From NCBI GenBank assembly GCA_951406725.2, contig OX597836.1:32550001-32614000 (forward strand): 64,000 nt of DNA, given 5' to 3'. This stretch comes from Octopus vulgaris (Eukaryota). The translations under genes and the position numbers were made by a program. Position 1 is the first letter of the stretch. The number at the start of each line of letters is the position of its first letter. The notes beneath the pieces are model-generated. The model ran no database searches, was not told the DNA's origin, and saw nothing but the letters and a program-made list of their open reading frames with translations. Shown one piece after another: positions 61,970 through 64,000 of the stretch.

Positions 61970-63034
61970 CACTTGACAACCAATGCTTGTGTGTTTATGT
62001 TCCTATAACTTTGCAGTTTGGCCAAAGAGACTGATACAATAAGTACTAGGCTTACAAAGAATAAGTCCTGGGGTTGATTTCTTCAACTAAAACCATTTAA
62101 CCCTTTCGTTACCAACCCGGCCAAAACCGGCTCTGGCTCTGTGGTAAAATGTCTTGTTTTCATAAGTTTTGAATTAAAATCTTCCACCAAGCCTTAGTCA
62201 CAATTTACGTTCCTAACACTAGCTTAATGATAACTTAGTTATTTTACTAAATTCTTTGTTATATTTAAAATTAATTGAAAGAAACAGAGAGCATCTCCAA
62301 ATAAATACAGTAACAAAAGTGTTAAGGCGTTGTTCCAGCACGGCTGTAGTCAAATGAGTGATACATGTAAAAGACTGATAGAATATTGTACATCTTACAA
62401 ACATTAACATGAATATAGGTACTTACCATAAATCAAAAACAACAACAACAGCAATAACAACAACGATAGCAGCAACAACATAACAACAACAAGGAGACAA
62501 CTAAACATATGAAGAGGAAAACCATAACAAAGCAGCTTGGAGGTACAAATAGAATAATTGGAAAAATAGTTCTTAAGAATCGAACGTTCTTAGTACAAAT
62601 GTAAGCAAAACAGTGAAGAAGCATAAAGATAGCGTAAAATATAAAAATCTATAAGGAATATTGGAAATAAGAGAGTAGTGGTGAGAGTAGAAGTGATAGT
62701 GGTTGATAGGTGCAGTGATAAACATAGACCTCTTTTAGAGCCTGCATGTGTGTTGCACAGTGTGTGTGTGTGGTTAGGAAGCTTGCTTTGCAACCACGTG
62801 GTTTCAGGTTCAGTCCCACTGTGTGGCACCTTGGGCAAGTGTTTTCTACTATAGATTTGGGGCCGACCGATGTCTTGTGAGTAAATTTGGTTTGACAGAA
62901 ACTCGTCGTGTGTGTGTGTGTCTTTGTATTTGTGCTCATTCCGTATGTAGATACAAATATATATACATGCACATACACACACATTCACGCATGCACACAC
63001 ACACACACATATTTGCACACACTCACACACACAC

Positions 63035-63075
<41 letters not shown>

Positions 63076-64000
63076 AGTAGGTGCTGAAAACTTCCTAACT
63101 TTGGTAAAAAAAATACAGGAGGATCAATTAATTATGATTTTATTCAACATATTTCCCTCTCAGACTCACACACTTATTGCAGCGGTCCTTCATTTTTCCT
63201 AAGTTCTGTAAAAGAATTCGGAAAGTTGGGCCTCCAACCAGGTCTTTGAACCAGAAACTTTTCAGTACCCTCTCATATTCACTTAGTCATTACAAACCAC
63301 CATTATAGTCTCCTTGCCAATACAAACCACCACTACGAGAGAGTGCTGAAAAGTTCTTGGCTTTGGATAGAAGAAAATAACTATGATTCAATTCAATATG
63401 TTCCTCTCTCAGATACCAGATTCACTCACTTGGCGCAGCGGTCCTTCAGTTTTTCTAAGTCCTGTAAAAAAACTCGGAAGGTTGGGCCTCTGACCAGTCC
63501 TTTTATGATACCCTTAAAACCAGAAACTTTTCACCACCCTCTCATATATGTATGTGTGTGTGTGTGTGTGTGTGTATGTGTGTGGAGGCGCAATGGCCCA
63601 GTGGTTAGGGCAGCGGACTCGTGGTTTCAATTCCCAGAACGGGCGTTGTGAGTGTTTATTGAGCGAAAACACCTAAAACTCCACAAGGCTCTGGCAGGGG
63701 GTGGTGGCAATCCCTGCTGTACTCTTTTGCCACAACTTTCTCTCACTCTTTCTTTTGTTGGCCTGCTCCCTTAGCCAGTGGGGTGGCATCATTTGATGGT
63801 TAAAATAATGCGAAGCGCATTGTGACCAGCGATGTGTAGCAACATCTGATAGCCTGGTCAGTCATGGTGATATATATATATATACACAAGTGGTTGTGTG
63901 GTAAGTAGCTTGCTTATGAACGGGGTTCAGTCCCACTGCATGGCACCTTGGATAAGTGTCTTCTACTATAGCCTCAGGCTAACCAAAGCCTTGTGAGTGG

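Overview
AT-rich, microsatellite- and SINE-dense animal genomic DNA. The repeat families look like octopus (coleoid cephalopod); this is inferred from recalled repeat sequences, not proven. The whole window lies inside one + strand gene, an otoferlin-like type-2 ferlin (OTOF). I can assemble 12 internal GT-AG exons (10808-10923, 38212-38252, 39695-39881, 41593-41779, 44747-44958, 46945-47053, 48777-49069, 50891-51088, 54995-55111, 55844-55996, 57554-57746, 59214-59473). They give 2066 nt, about 689 codons, with all splice phases compatible. They run from the end of C2B through FerI, C2C, FerA and FerB into C2D, with no DysF domain; start and stop lie outside the window. The introns hold tRNA-derived SINEs, LINE 3' fragments (RTE, CR1-like, R4/Dong-like, CRE-like), mariner/Tc1 and piggyBac-type MITEs, a Helentron-like relic, Penelope-like hairpins with hammerhead-like cores, a 14-bp minisatellite and many microsatellites. 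Nearly all ORFs in the supplied track are microsatellite artefacts. Three leads stand out. (1) A candidate 35-nt exon in the 27-kb intron carries an overlapping TAATG stop-start that would split or re-start otoferlin in frame. (2) A tandem array duplicates a splice acceptor plus the first codons of the next exon, differing only at synonymous positions. (3) An inverted SINE pair tightly brackets one exon. All three are hypotheses that need RNA data.
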